NCBI GenBank assembly: GCA_046754105.1
Contig: JBHHVD010000065.1
Span: 1-18,620 of the forward strand
Reading direction: 5' to 3'
Length of the DNA stretch: 18,620 nucleotides
Source: Candidatus Krumholzibacteriia bacterium
Lineage (GTDB): Bacteria > Krumholzibacteriota > Krumholzibacteriia > WVZY01
A program made the position numbers and the translations under genes. Positions 1-8,067 of this stretch are shown one piece after another (positions within the stretch are counted from its first letter, which is position 1; the number at the start of each line of letters is the position of its first letter). Under the pieces are notes generated by a model, which had not been told where the DNA came from, did not search any database, and saw nothing but the letters and a program-made list of their open reading frames with translations.

Positions 1-27
1 CATGAACAGGCTGGCGAGTCGTTTCAT
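1..27 (-). CDS. Possible 5' end of a gene running off the left edge (MKRLASLFM..., signal-peptide-like)
   Basis: ATG at 27 on - reads MKRLASLFM to the window edge. A TATAAT lies on - at 104-109. Only 9 codons are visible and there is no clear SD. Confidence 0.3.
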
Positions 28-272
28 CGGGTTCTCAGCCAACAGGAAATGGTACGGACGATTCCAGCGTGGGGAAAACCGAGAATGGGCGCCCTTATAC
101 TCAATTATACAACAGATTTGGCCCCCGGCCCCACTAAATCTACGTGCCGATTTTCGGATTTGTTTCGGGCCGGGGATGCGATAGTATGGCGGGGTTCGGG
201 CGCACGGCCGCGCGTCGGGGCGGGGCTGCAACTCTTGATCGCGGAAACTAAGGTTATAGGAATAAATGAGTT

Positions 273-1250
273 ATGTGGAGCAAAGTTCACGAATACATCC
301 ATGACCACGAGAAATTCGTTGTGACGACCCACGTTCACCCCGACGGCGACGCGGTCGGCTCCGAGATCGCCCTAGCGGCGTTTCTCGAGAGCCTGGGCAA
401 GCGGGTGAGCATCATCAACTCGAGCCCGACGGCGCGGAACAACGCGTTTCTCGACCCCCGCGGGAAGATCATGGTGTACCCCGGCGGTGGGAGCGCCCGG
501 GCGCTCGAGGGGGCCGAAGTTGCATTCATTCTCGACGTGAATAACTGGCCGCATCTCGGCGCGTTCGGGGAGGCGCTCCGGAAATCAAACACGCCGAGAA
601 TCTGCATCGATCATCACCAGGGGGCGGACGTCGGGTTTGCCGACGTCGTGGTCAGCGATACGACGGCTGCGGCCACGGGGCTCCTGATGTACGAATTGAT
701 CCTTGCGATGAAGGGAGAGATCACCACCCCCATCGCCGATGCCGTTTTTGCCACGCTCGTTACCGACACCGGCACGTTTCGGTTTTCGAACACGGATGAA
801 CGGGTCTTCCGCGCAGCGGCAGACCTGTGCGCGCGGGGTGTCGAACCATTCGCCATCCACCGGCGCGTGTTCTCGAAGACGGGCGGCGCCGTCCGTCTGC
901 TCGGCGCCGTCCTGCGGACGCTGAGCTTTGCCGACGATGGAAAGATCGCCTGGATCCACGCCTCGCGGGAGATGTTTGCCGCGGCCGAGGCCGACTACGA
1001 GGATAGCGATGGAATACTCGACGTCGTAAGGGCCGTAGAGGGCGTGGAATACTGCCTCTTCTTCAAGGGGCTGGGGGACGGCAAGGTCAAGATTTCTCTG
1101 CGCTCGAACGGCAAAGTTGATGTGCACCAGATTGCCAAGACCCTGGGCGGCGGCGGGCACCGCATGGCCGCCGGCGTGACCGTCGACGGCCCGATAGACG
1201 GGGCGATCGCATCGGTCGTCAAGACGTGCGCGGAAACGTTTCGTCCCTAG
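273..1250 (+). CDS. nrnA: DHH/DHHA1 phosphoesterase (bifunctional oligoribonuclease / pAp phosphatase NrnA-like), 325 aa
   Basis: Motifs HVHPDGDAVGS, FILD, IDHH, LVTDTGTFRFSNT, and DHHA1 SLRS...GGGGHRMAAG. Confidence 0.88.
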   Translation: MWSKVHEYIHDHEKFVVTTHVHPDGDAVGSEIALAAFLESLGKRVSIINSSPTARNNAFLDPRGKIMVYPGGGSARALEGAEVAFILDVNNWPHLGAFGEALRKSNTPRICIDHHQGADVGFADVVVSDTTAAATGLLMYELILAMKGEITTPIADAVFATLVTDTGTFRFSNTDERVFRAAADLCARGVEPFAIHRRVFSKTGGAVRLLGAVLRTLSFADDGKIAWIHASREMFAAAEADYEDSDGILDVVRAVEGVEYCLFFKGLGDGKVKISLRSNGKVDVHQIAKTLGGGGHRMAAGVTVDGPIDGAIASVVKTCAETFRP

Positions 1251-1268
1251 CTTGTCACCCGGCCCCGG

Positions 1269-1298
1269 TTGACTTTCGCCCCCCATCCGTGATAGAAA
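1269..1298 (+). promoter_or_regulatory. Candidate sigma70-type promoter for the mqn operon
   Basis: TTGACT (1269-1274), 18 nt, then TAGAAA (1293-1298) preceded by TGn. The -10 is imperfect. SD AAAGGA at 1334-1339 precedes GTG 1345. Confidence 0.4.
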
Positions 1299-1344
1299 TA
1301 GGAGGCCTCTATCCACCTAACCTCTTCTGATTGAAAGGACTGGC

Positions 1345-2247
1345 GTGACCCATTCTCCTGCGCAGGCATCGGCCGTGGGCCGCGGGCCGTTGGGCAAAAC
1401 GAGAGAATTTCTCGACATGATCAAGTTCGAGCACACGATCTTTGCCCTGCCCTTTGCCTATCTCACGCTCTTTCTGGTCGCGCGCGGCTGGCCCGACGCG
1501 GCCACGTTCGGATGGATCACGCTGGCGATGGTAACGGGACGCACGTTCGGCATGGCGGCCAACCGCCTGGTCGACGCCGGTATCGACCGCAATAACCCAC
1601 GTACCGCGGGGCGTTCGCTGCCCGCCGGGCGCATGTCGCGTACCGAGGTCCTCTCGTTCATCGCGATCTCGCTCGTTCTCTTCGTCCTTGCGGTGTTCAA
1701 CCTGAGCCCGCTGGCGCAGAAGCTCTCGCCGCTCGTGATCGCGGTGATGATCTTCTATCCATACGCCAAGCGGTTTACGTGGCTCAGCCACCTGGCGCTG
1801 GGACTGGTGTACGTCATGATACCGACCGGCGTGTGGATCGCGGTGACCGGCCGGCTGCCTTTGGAAGCGTTGGTGCTGGGGGCGGGCGCGGGATTCTGGG
1901 TGGCGGGCTTCGACATCATATACGCCTGCCAGGATGTGGAAGTAGACCGGCGCGAGGGGTTGCACTCAATGCCGGCCGACCTCGGCCTGGGGCCGGCGTT
2001 GTGGTGCGCGCGGTTTTTTCACACGATCTTTTTTGTCGCGCTCCTGGCCGCCGGTCTGATGCTCGGTACCGGCGCCTTCTATTATGTCGGCCTGGTTGTG
2101 ACCGGCTTGTTGCTGGCCTACGAGCACCGGCTGGTAACGGCGCACAACCTGTCGCGGATCAACCAGGCGTTCTTTGCGACCAACGGCGTAATCAGTATCG
2201 TGTTCTTCGCCCTCGTCGCCGTGGACGCGGTTCTGAGGCACGGATAG
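1345..2247 (+). CDS. mqnP: UbiA-family polyprenyltransferase of the futalosine menaquinone pathway (MqnP), 300 aa
   Basis: IKFEHTIFALPFAY N-terminus, NRLVDAGIDRNNPRTAGRSLP, YPYAKRFT, GFDIIYACQD, multiple TM helices, and mqn gene context. Confidence 0.9.
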   Translation: MTHSPAQASAVGRGPLGKTREFLDMIKFEHTIFALPFAYLTLFLVARGWPDAATFGWITLAMVTGRTFGMAANRLVDAGIDRNNPRTAGRSLPAGRMSRTEVLSFIAISLVLFVLAVFNLSPLAQKLSPLVIAVMIFYPYAKRFTWLSHLALGLVYVMIPTGVWIAVTGRLPLEALVLGAGAGFWVAGFDIIYACQDVEVDRREGLHSMPADLGLGPALWCARFFHTIFFVALLAAGLMLGTGAFYYVGLVVTGLLLAYEHRLVTAHNLSRINQAFFATNGVISIVFFALVAVDAVLRHG

Positions 2248-2363
2248 GCGGCGCGCAGGCAGGCCCGGTCGCCGTAACCACGCGATTCCGGCCGGGCACA
2301 AACGGTACGACGGGAGCAGCGAAAGGCCGGTGGGGCTGCCGTAGTGCCGGGCAGAAAGGAAAC

Positions 2364-3014
2364 ATGGCGAGTATCATCGTGGGCATATCGGGCGGCAGCG
2401 GCGCGCCGTACGCGCTTCGCCTGCTCGACGTCCTGCTGCAGAGCGAGCGACAGGTGAAAGCCATTCTCTCTCCGGCGGCCGAGAAGATACTGGCCCTGGA
2501 GTGTGACGTGCATCTCGAAGGCTCTCCGTTGGAAAAACAGGCGCAACTCCGCAACGCCCTTCCTATCGACAAGACAGAAGTGGGTCTCGAGCTCTACGAC
2601 CATCGCGACCTGGCTGCACCGATCTCCAGCGGTTCGTTTCCGTCGTCGGCAATGGTCATCGTCCCGTGCTCGATGGGCGCGCTGGGACGCATTGCGGCCG
2701 GCGTTTCATCGGACCTGATCTCGCGCGCCGCCGACGTCACGCTCAAAGAACGCCGCAAGCTCATCGTCGTACCGCGGGAGACACCGCTCGGCGAGATCCA
2801 CTTGCGCAACATGCTCGCCGTAACCCGGGCGGGCGCCGTGGTGCTGCCGGCGATGCCGGGCTTCTATCACCGGCCACAGCACGTATCGGACATGGTGGAC
2901 ATGATCGTCAGCCGCATCCTCGATCAATTAGGTATCGACAACCACATTTTCAAGCGCTGGAAAGGCGAGGGAGTCTCGAAGTTTCTGTCCGTCGACGAGG
3001 ATGCGGGCGCGTGA
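2364..3014 (+). CDS. ubiX: Flavin prenyltransferase UbiX (MqnM), 216 aa
   Basis: GISGGSGAPY, APISSGS, VPCSMGAL, RAADVTLKERRKLIVVPRETP, PAMPGFY. Start moved to ATG 2364 after SD AAAGGA, in frame with the 1779..3014 track ORF. Confidence 0.95.
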   Translation: MASIIVGISGGSGAPYALRLLDVLLQSERQVKAILSPAAEKILALECDVHLEGSPLEKQAQLRNALPIDKTEVGLELYDHRDLAAPISSGSFPSSAMVIVPCSMGALGRIAAGVSSDLISRAADVTLKERRKLIVVPRETPLGEIHLRNMLAVTRAGAVVLPAMPGFYHRPQHVSDMVDMIVSRILDQLGIDNHIFKRWKGEGVSKFLSVDEDAGA

Positions 3015-3171
3015 ACGCGGTTGGCGCTCGGCTTTTTGGGGCGCGCGGTTGCAATCGCGTCCGGCACCGATGCTCCACTTCGCTCGGCTACCCTTCGGTC
3101 CGACGCGGGGGGCAGAGAACGGGCGTCCGCCCGCAGCCCTCTCGGCGTCGATAACCGCGCAAGGACAAAGC

Positions 3172-4935
3172 ATGCCGTTCCGCGACCTCCAGAGTTACCT
3201 TCGGCATCTCGAAGCCAATAACATGCTGCGGCGCGTGGCCGTCGAGGTCGACCCCGAGCTGGAAATCACCGAGATCGTGACCCGCATCGTGCGCGAAGAG
3301 GGCCCCGCGCTCCTGTTCGAGAACGTAAAAGGGTCTCCGTATCCGCTGGCGGTCAATTTCATGGGGAGCCCGGGGCATATCGAGATGATCCTCGGCATGC
3401 ATCCGCAGCAGTTGGGAGAGAAGCTCGCCGACCTCATCGAGACGATAAATCCGCCTTCCCCGAAAACCCTCTGGAACGCGCGCGCGCACTGGCCCGCAAT
3501 GCTGGCGACGCGACCGCAGCAGGTGCGCCGCGGCCCGTGCCACGAGGTCGTGGAGCCTCCGGACCTCGGGCGTCTGCCGATCCTCAAGTGCTGGCCCGGC
3601 GACGGCGGCCGCTTCATTACATTTCCACTGGTCCTGACCCGCGACCCGTCCTCCGGGGCGTCCAACCTCGGCATCTACCGCATGCACGTCTACGGCGGGG
3701 ACAGGACCGGCATGCACATGCAGATCCAAAAGGGCGGGGGATTTCATTACCACGAAGCGGAAAAAAAGAGCCACCCGCTGCCGCTCGCCTGCGTGATCGG
3801 CGCCGACCCCGCGCTCATGCTCTCCGGCATCTTTCCGCTGCCCGAGGGCCTCTCCGAAATCATGTTCAGCGGCATCCTCCGCGGAGGCCGCACGCGGATG
3901 ACCCGCGCGCGAACCGTAGACCTCGACGTCCCCGCCGACGCCGAGTTCGTACTGGAGGGGGAAGTGCCGCCGCACGAGCGCAAGATGGAAGGCCCCTTCG
4001 GCGACCACTTCGGCCATTACTCCGAGGCGGCGCTCTTCCCCGTGTTTCACATCAAGACCGTCACGCGCAAGAAAAGACCGGTCTACCCGGCCGCCGTCGT
4101 CGGCAAGCCGCCGCAGGAGGACCGCTACATGGGAGAGGCGTCGCAGGAGATCTTGAAGCCCTTCATCCGGATGATCCGCCCCGAAGTCCGCGACCTGTGG
4201 GCGTACTACGAGGCCGGTTTCCACAACCTGCTCGTCGTCTCCGTGGAGACGCGCTACACAAAAGAACCGATTAAGACCGCGCTCGGGCTCCTCGGTGAAG
4301 GCCAGCTGGGGCTATCCAAGGTCGTGATCCTCGTCGAGCCGGACGTCAACGTCCGCAGTTTCGCGCACGTCCTGCAGGCGATTCAACGCAACTTCGATCC
4401 GCGCGACGATTTCCTGCTCGTCTCGCGCGCGCCGCTCGACACGCTGGATTTCACGAGTTTCAAAATGCACCTCGGCAGCAAGATGGTCATCGACGCCACC
4501 GGCAAGACGGGGCTGCCCCCGGCGGGCCCGGTGCTCGGGGCGGATCCCAAGGAGATCGCCCCCGGCGTGACCCGCTGGCGCCTCCTCGAAGACACCCTGC
4601 TCGCCGTCGGGGTGTCATCGGACGCCGAATCGACGCTCGCGGCCCTCGCCGGGGCGGACGCCCTCGCTGGGGTCAAGATCATCGCCGCCGTCAGCCCCGA
4701 CGTCGACATCGAGGACAACGTCAGCCTCATCTGGGGCATCTTCACGCGCTTCGACCCGGCCCGCGACGTCCGCTTCCGCCGCACCTTCATGCAGGGGATT
4801 AAGCCTTTCTACGAGGGCGTAATGACCATTGATGCGACGCACAAGAAAGGGTATCCTCAGGGCCTGGAAATGGCCGACGAAATCAAGGAAAGGGTCGACA
4901 AGCGATGGCCGGATTACTGGTCGCAGACGGAATAG
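3172..4935 (+). CDS. ubiD: prFMN-dependent UbiD-family decarboxylase (menaquinone biosynthesis, MqnL), 587 aa
   Basis: VDPELEITEI, GPALLFENVKG, LPILKCWPGDGGRFIT, NLGIYRM, EGPFGDHFGHY, GKPPQED. ATG 3172 follows SD AAGGA. Confidence 0.93.
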   Translation: MPFRDLQSYLRHLEANNMLRRVAVEVDPELEITEIVTRIVREEGPALLFENVKGSPYPLAVNFMGSPGHIEMILGMHPQQLGEKLADLIETINPPSPKTLWNARAHWPAMLATRPQQVRRGPCHEVVEPPDLGRLPILKCWPGDGGRFITFPLVLTRDPSSGASNLGIYRMHVYGGDRTGMHMQIQKGGGFHYHEAEKKSHPLPLACVIGADPALMLSGIFPLPEGLSEIMFSGILRGGRTRMTRARTVDLDVPADAEFVLEGEVPPHERKMEGPFGDHFGHYSEAALFPVFHIKTVTRKKRPVYPAAVVGKPPQEDRYMGEASQEILKPFIRMIRPEVRDLWAYYEAGFHNLLVVSVETRYTKEPIKTALGLLGEGQLGLSKVVILVEPDVNVRSFAHVLQAIQRNFDPRDDFLLVSRAPLDTLDFTSFKMHLGSKMVIDATGKTGLPPAGPVLGADPKEIAPGVTRWRLLEDTLLAVGVSSDAESTLAALAGADALAGVKIIAAVSPDVDIEDNVSLIWGIFTRFDPARDVRFRRTFMQGIKPFYEGVMTIDATHKKGYPQGLEMADEIKERVDKRWPDYWSQTE

Positions 4936-6077
4936 CGTTCCTGGATGAAACGCTCGTTTCCATCTGGGAGAAGGTGCGGGCGGGGGTCCGCCTGGCGCCC
5001 GAGGAGGGGGTGCGGCTGCTGCGGACCCGCGACATCGCCGCGCTCGGCAGGATGGCGGATTTTGTGAAAAGAAAAAAGAGCGGCGACAAGGCGTATTTCG
5101 TCATCAACCGCCACATCAACCCCACCAACATCTGCGTGCTTTCCTGCCGCTTCTGCGATTACGCCAAGAAAGTGGGGGACGAGGAAGCTTATGAAATGAC
5201 ACTGGACGAGATCCTCGCACTCGTCGACGAGGACATTCGTGAGGTGCACATCGTCGGCGGCCATCATCCCACGTGGCCGTTCGAGCGCTACGTGGAGATC
5301 GTCCAGGCCATACACGACAACTTTCCCGATACGCAGATCAAGGCCTTTACCGCCTCGGAGATCGATTACTTCCACAAGCGCTGGAAGATTCCCGAGGAGG
5401 AAATCCTCGGCCGTCTTCGCGATGCCGGCATGCGTGCCATGCCGGGCGGAGGCGCCGAGGTGTTCTCGCCGCGCGTTCGCAAGGAGCTTTTTCCGGGCAA
5501 GGCGGGGCAGGCGCGCTGGCTCGAGATCCACCGTCTCGCGCACTCGCTGGGCATTCCGTCCAACGCCACCATGCTCTACGGCCACATCGAAACGCTCGAG
5601 GAGCGGATCCGGCACCTCGTCCTCCTCCGCGAACTGCAGGACGAGACGGGCGGCTTCCTCACCTTTATCCCGCTCGAGTACCAGGTGGGGGACACGAAGC
5701 TCGTGCCGCGGCACGCCTCCGCGCTCGAGGACTTGCGGATGCTCGCGGTGTCGCGGCTCGTGCTCGACAACTTTCCGCACGTAAAAGCGTACTGGATCAT
5801 GATTATGGAGGAAACGGCGGCGATCGGCCTTCACTTCGGGGCCGATGACATCGACGGCACCATCGGCGAGGAGCGCATCGCGCACGCGGCGAGGGCGGCG
5901 AGCCCGGTCGGGGTGGCACGCGAGCGTATCGTGCGCCTGATACGGGATGCCGAACGCGTCCCGGTCGAGCGCGACGCGTTGTACAATGAGGTGCAGGTAT
6001 ATGCGAAAAAGGGTGCCGTGCACCCGCCCAACGTGGAGCGCGAACGGGTCGATGTACGGCGTGCGGTGGCGGAATGA
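4905..6077 (+). CDS. mqnE: Aminofutalosine synthase MqnE (radical SAM, CofH-like), 390 aa
   Basis: NRHINPTNICVLSCRFC (CxxxCxxC), MPGGGAE, SNATMLYGHIE, HVKAYW (MqnE-type). Overlaps the ubiD end by 31 nt. Confidence 0.9.
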   Translation: MAGLLVADGIAFLDETLVSIWEKVRAGVRLAPEEGVRLLRTRDIAALGRMADFVKRKKSGDKAYFVINRHINPTNICVLSCRFCDYAKKVGDEEAYEMTLDEILALVDEDIREVHIVGGHHPTWPFERYVEIVQAIHDNFPDTQIKAFTASEIDYFHKRWKIPEEEILGRLRDAGMRAMPGGGAEVFSPRVRKELFPGKAGQARWLEIHRLAHSLGIPSNATMLYGHIETLEERIRHLVLLRELQDETGGFLTFIPLEYQVGDTKLVPRHASALEDLRMLAVSRLVLDNFPHVKAYWIMIMEETAAIGLHFGADDIDGTIGEERIAHAARAASPVGVARERIVRLIRDAERVPVERDALYNEVQVYAKKGAVHPPNVERERVDVRRAVAE

Positions 6078-6125
6078 GCGAGCCACGCGGGAGACGCCGC
6101 GCGGCGGCGGAGTGAGGTGACCTTC

Positions 6126-6929
6126 ATGTCCATCAGGCTGGGACGCATTCCCTATCTCAACTCGGAAGTATTCTACCAGGATTTCCCGCTCGACCTCGTG
6201 GAGGTAACGGACTACGTGCCGAGCGCACTGTCCCGCGCGGCCCGCCGCGGCGAGGTGGACATCGGCCCGGTGCCGACGGTAACGGGCTTCGAGCTCGAGG
6301 ACCAGTTCATGCCGTTTCGCAACTTCGGGATCGCCGTGCGGGGAAAGGCGCGGAGCGTGCTGCTTTTTTCGCGGCGGCCGGTGGAGGAGCTGCAGGGCTC
6401 GCGTATCGGCATCACGGGTGAGTCGGCGACGTCCGTGCGGCTGCTCAAGGTCCTGCTCACCCGCCACTACGGCGTCATACCCGAGCGATACGTGTCCACC
6501 AAGGAAGTGCAAAGCGACGCGGTTCTCCTCATCGGCGACGCGGCGCTCAACAACCGCAAGGGGCTGCCGTCGTACCCGCGCGTGTATGACCTGGCCGAGA
6601 TGTGGGAGCAGTGGACGGGGCTGCCGTTTGTGTTCGCGCGCTGGATCGTGCGCAAGGACCTGAATCAGCAGGCGCTCGATTTTCTCGGTGAGCTGCTGAG
6701 CAAATCCCTGGAGCGTGGTATGCAGCGCATCGACCAGATAGCGGCCAAACGCGCCGACCTCAGCATGACCGTCGAAGAAGTCCGCGAGTACCTGCACGGG
6801 TTTACCTACATCCTCGGTGACAAAGAGGACGAGGCGATCGAGTTGTTTCGCACGTACCTCGAGGCCTACGATCACGGGGTGGCCGCCGTGGGCAAGCCAC
6901 CCCTCGGAAAGAGACCGAATGCTGGATAG
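6126..6929 (+). CDS. mqnA: Chorismate dehydratase MqnA, 267 aa
   Basis: LGRIPYLNS, SVLLFS, SATSVRL, LLIGDAAL, DLAEMWEQWTGLPFVFARW. ATG 6126 follows GAGGTGA; GTG 6117 is an alternative start. Confidence 0.92.
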   Translation: MSIRLGRIPYLNSEVFYQDFPLDLVEVTDYVPSALSRAARRGEVDIGPVPTVTGFELEDQFMPFRNFGIAVRGKARSVLLFSRRPVEELQGSRIGITGESATSVRLLKVLLTRHYGVIPERYVSTKEVQSDAVLLIGDAALNNRKGLPSYPRVYDLAEMWEQWTGLPFVFARWIVRKDLNQQALDFLGELLSKSLERGMQRIDQIAAKRADLSMTVEEVREYLHGFTYILGDKEDEAIELFRTYLEAYDHGVAAVGKPPLGKRPNAG

Positions 6930-8067
6930 AATACGCGAGAGAGTAGCCGGCGGCGAGCGCATCACGCGCGAAGAGGGCATGTATCTCCTGCGGGAGGCGC
7001 CGCTGCTCGACCTGGCGCCTCTGGCGCAGACATGGCGGTACCGGCACAACCCCGATCCGGTGGTGACGTTCGTCGTCGATACGAATCTCAACTACACGAA
7101 TGTGTGCGACGCCTACTGCACGTTCTGCGCGTTCTACCGCACGGACAAGGCGAAGGACGCCTACACCCATTCCATCGATGCCATGATGGAGCTGTTCGCG
7201 CCGGCGCGCGAGCTGGGCGTGACGACGATCCTGCTGCAGGGCGGCCTCAACGACGCGCTGCCGCTCGGCTACTACACCGACCTCGTTCGCGAGACGCGGA
7301 GGCGGTTTCCCGACATCCACCCCCATTTCTTCTCCGCCCCGGAAATAAAAAAGATGCAAGAGGTCTCCGGGCTCTCGCTGCGAGCGGTGCTGCAGGCGCT
7401 CTACGAGGCGGGGCTGCGCACGATTCCCGGCGGCGGATCCGAGATACTCTCCGACCGCGTAAAACCGCACATGAGCAAGCTCTTTCCCAAGGCGAAGAGC
7501 GCCGACTGGCTCGACGTGCACCGCGAGGCGCACCGAGTGGGCATGCGGAGTACGGCCACCATGATGTACGGCCACGTGGAAAAGGACGAGGACATCCTCG
7601 AGCACCTGGACGTCACGCGGCGGCTGCAGGATGAGACCGGCGGCTTTACCGCTTTCATCCCCTGGAGCTACAAGCGCGAGAACACTTCGCTGGCCAAAAA
7701 AGTGCCGGTCGAAGCGGGTCCCAACCGCTACCTGCGGATCGTCGCCCTCGCCCGGATCTACCTCGACAACTTCCGGCACATCCAGGCGTCATGGTTCTCG
7801 GAGGGAAAGAAGACCGGTGTCGTCGCGCTCAACTTCGGGGCCGACGACTTCGGGGGCACGATCTTCGAGGAAAACGTCATGAACGCGGCCGGGTTCTACA
7901 ACCGGACCACGGTGGAGGAGATCAAGGCGCTGATCCGCGATGCGGGCTTCACGCCGGCGCAGCGGACGACCCTCTACGAGATTATCCGCGAATTTGGCAG
8001 GCCCGCGGCCTCGGGCATGCCGGGTGGCGTTGCCGGATCTACTTCGCGAGCACCATCTTGCGGGTGA
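6919..8067 (+). CDS. mqnC: Cyclic dehypoxanthinyl futalosine synthase MqnC (radical SAM), 382 aa
   Basis: VVDTNLNYTNVCDAYCTFCAF, LLQGG, IPGGGSEIL, STATMMYGHVE, HIQASW, GADDFGGTIFEENV. ATG 6919 overlaps the mqnA end by 11 nt. Confidence 0.92.
   Translation: MLDRIRERVAGGERITREEGMYLLREAPLLDLAPLAQTWRYRHNPDPVVTFVVDTNLNYTNVCDAYCTFCAFYRTDKAKDAYTHSIDAMMELFAPARELGVTTILLQGGLNDALPLGYYTDLVRETRRRFPDIHPHFFSAPEIKKMQEVSGLSLRAVLQALYEAGLRTIPGGGSEILSDRVKPHMSKLFPKAKSADWLDVHREAHRVGMRSTATMMYGHVEKDEDILEHLDVTRRLQDETGGFTAFIPWSYKRENTSLAKKVPVEAGPNRYLRIVALARIYLDNFRHIQASWFSEGKKTGVVALNFGADDFGGTIFEENVMNAAGFYNRTTVEEIKALIRDAGFTPAQRTTLYEIIREFGRPAASGMPGGVAGSTSRAPSCG

Noticed and set aside
1298..1312. AGGAGG at 1300-1305 as the RBS of a leader peptide
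   Set aside because: No start codon lies at a suitable distance and it sits in a small GAGGCCTC palindrome. mqnP has its own SD at 1334-1339.
1779..2363. Long N-terminal extensions given by the ORF track for ubiX (also ubiD 3001, mqnC 6817, eamA 11216, kinase 12244, cobO 16488, SDR 17565)
   Set aside because: The extensions overlap upstream genes and lack homology-like sequence. Downstream starts match family N-termini and mostly have SD motifs or stop/start coupling, so there are no real fusions.
4914..7091. 725-aa ORF on - and other long antisense ORFs (585..1316, 3088..4224, 6802..7779, 11339..12412, 16572..17369)
   Set aside because: They are shadows of well-supported + strand genes. 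High-GC codon bias suppresses antisense stops, and the translations have no family motifs.
4905..8067. The two radical SAM genes as CofH/CofG (F420) or thiamine/biotin enzymes
   Set aside because: HVKAYW vs HIQASW signatures and the mqnA/mqnD/mqnP context identify MqnE and MqnC.
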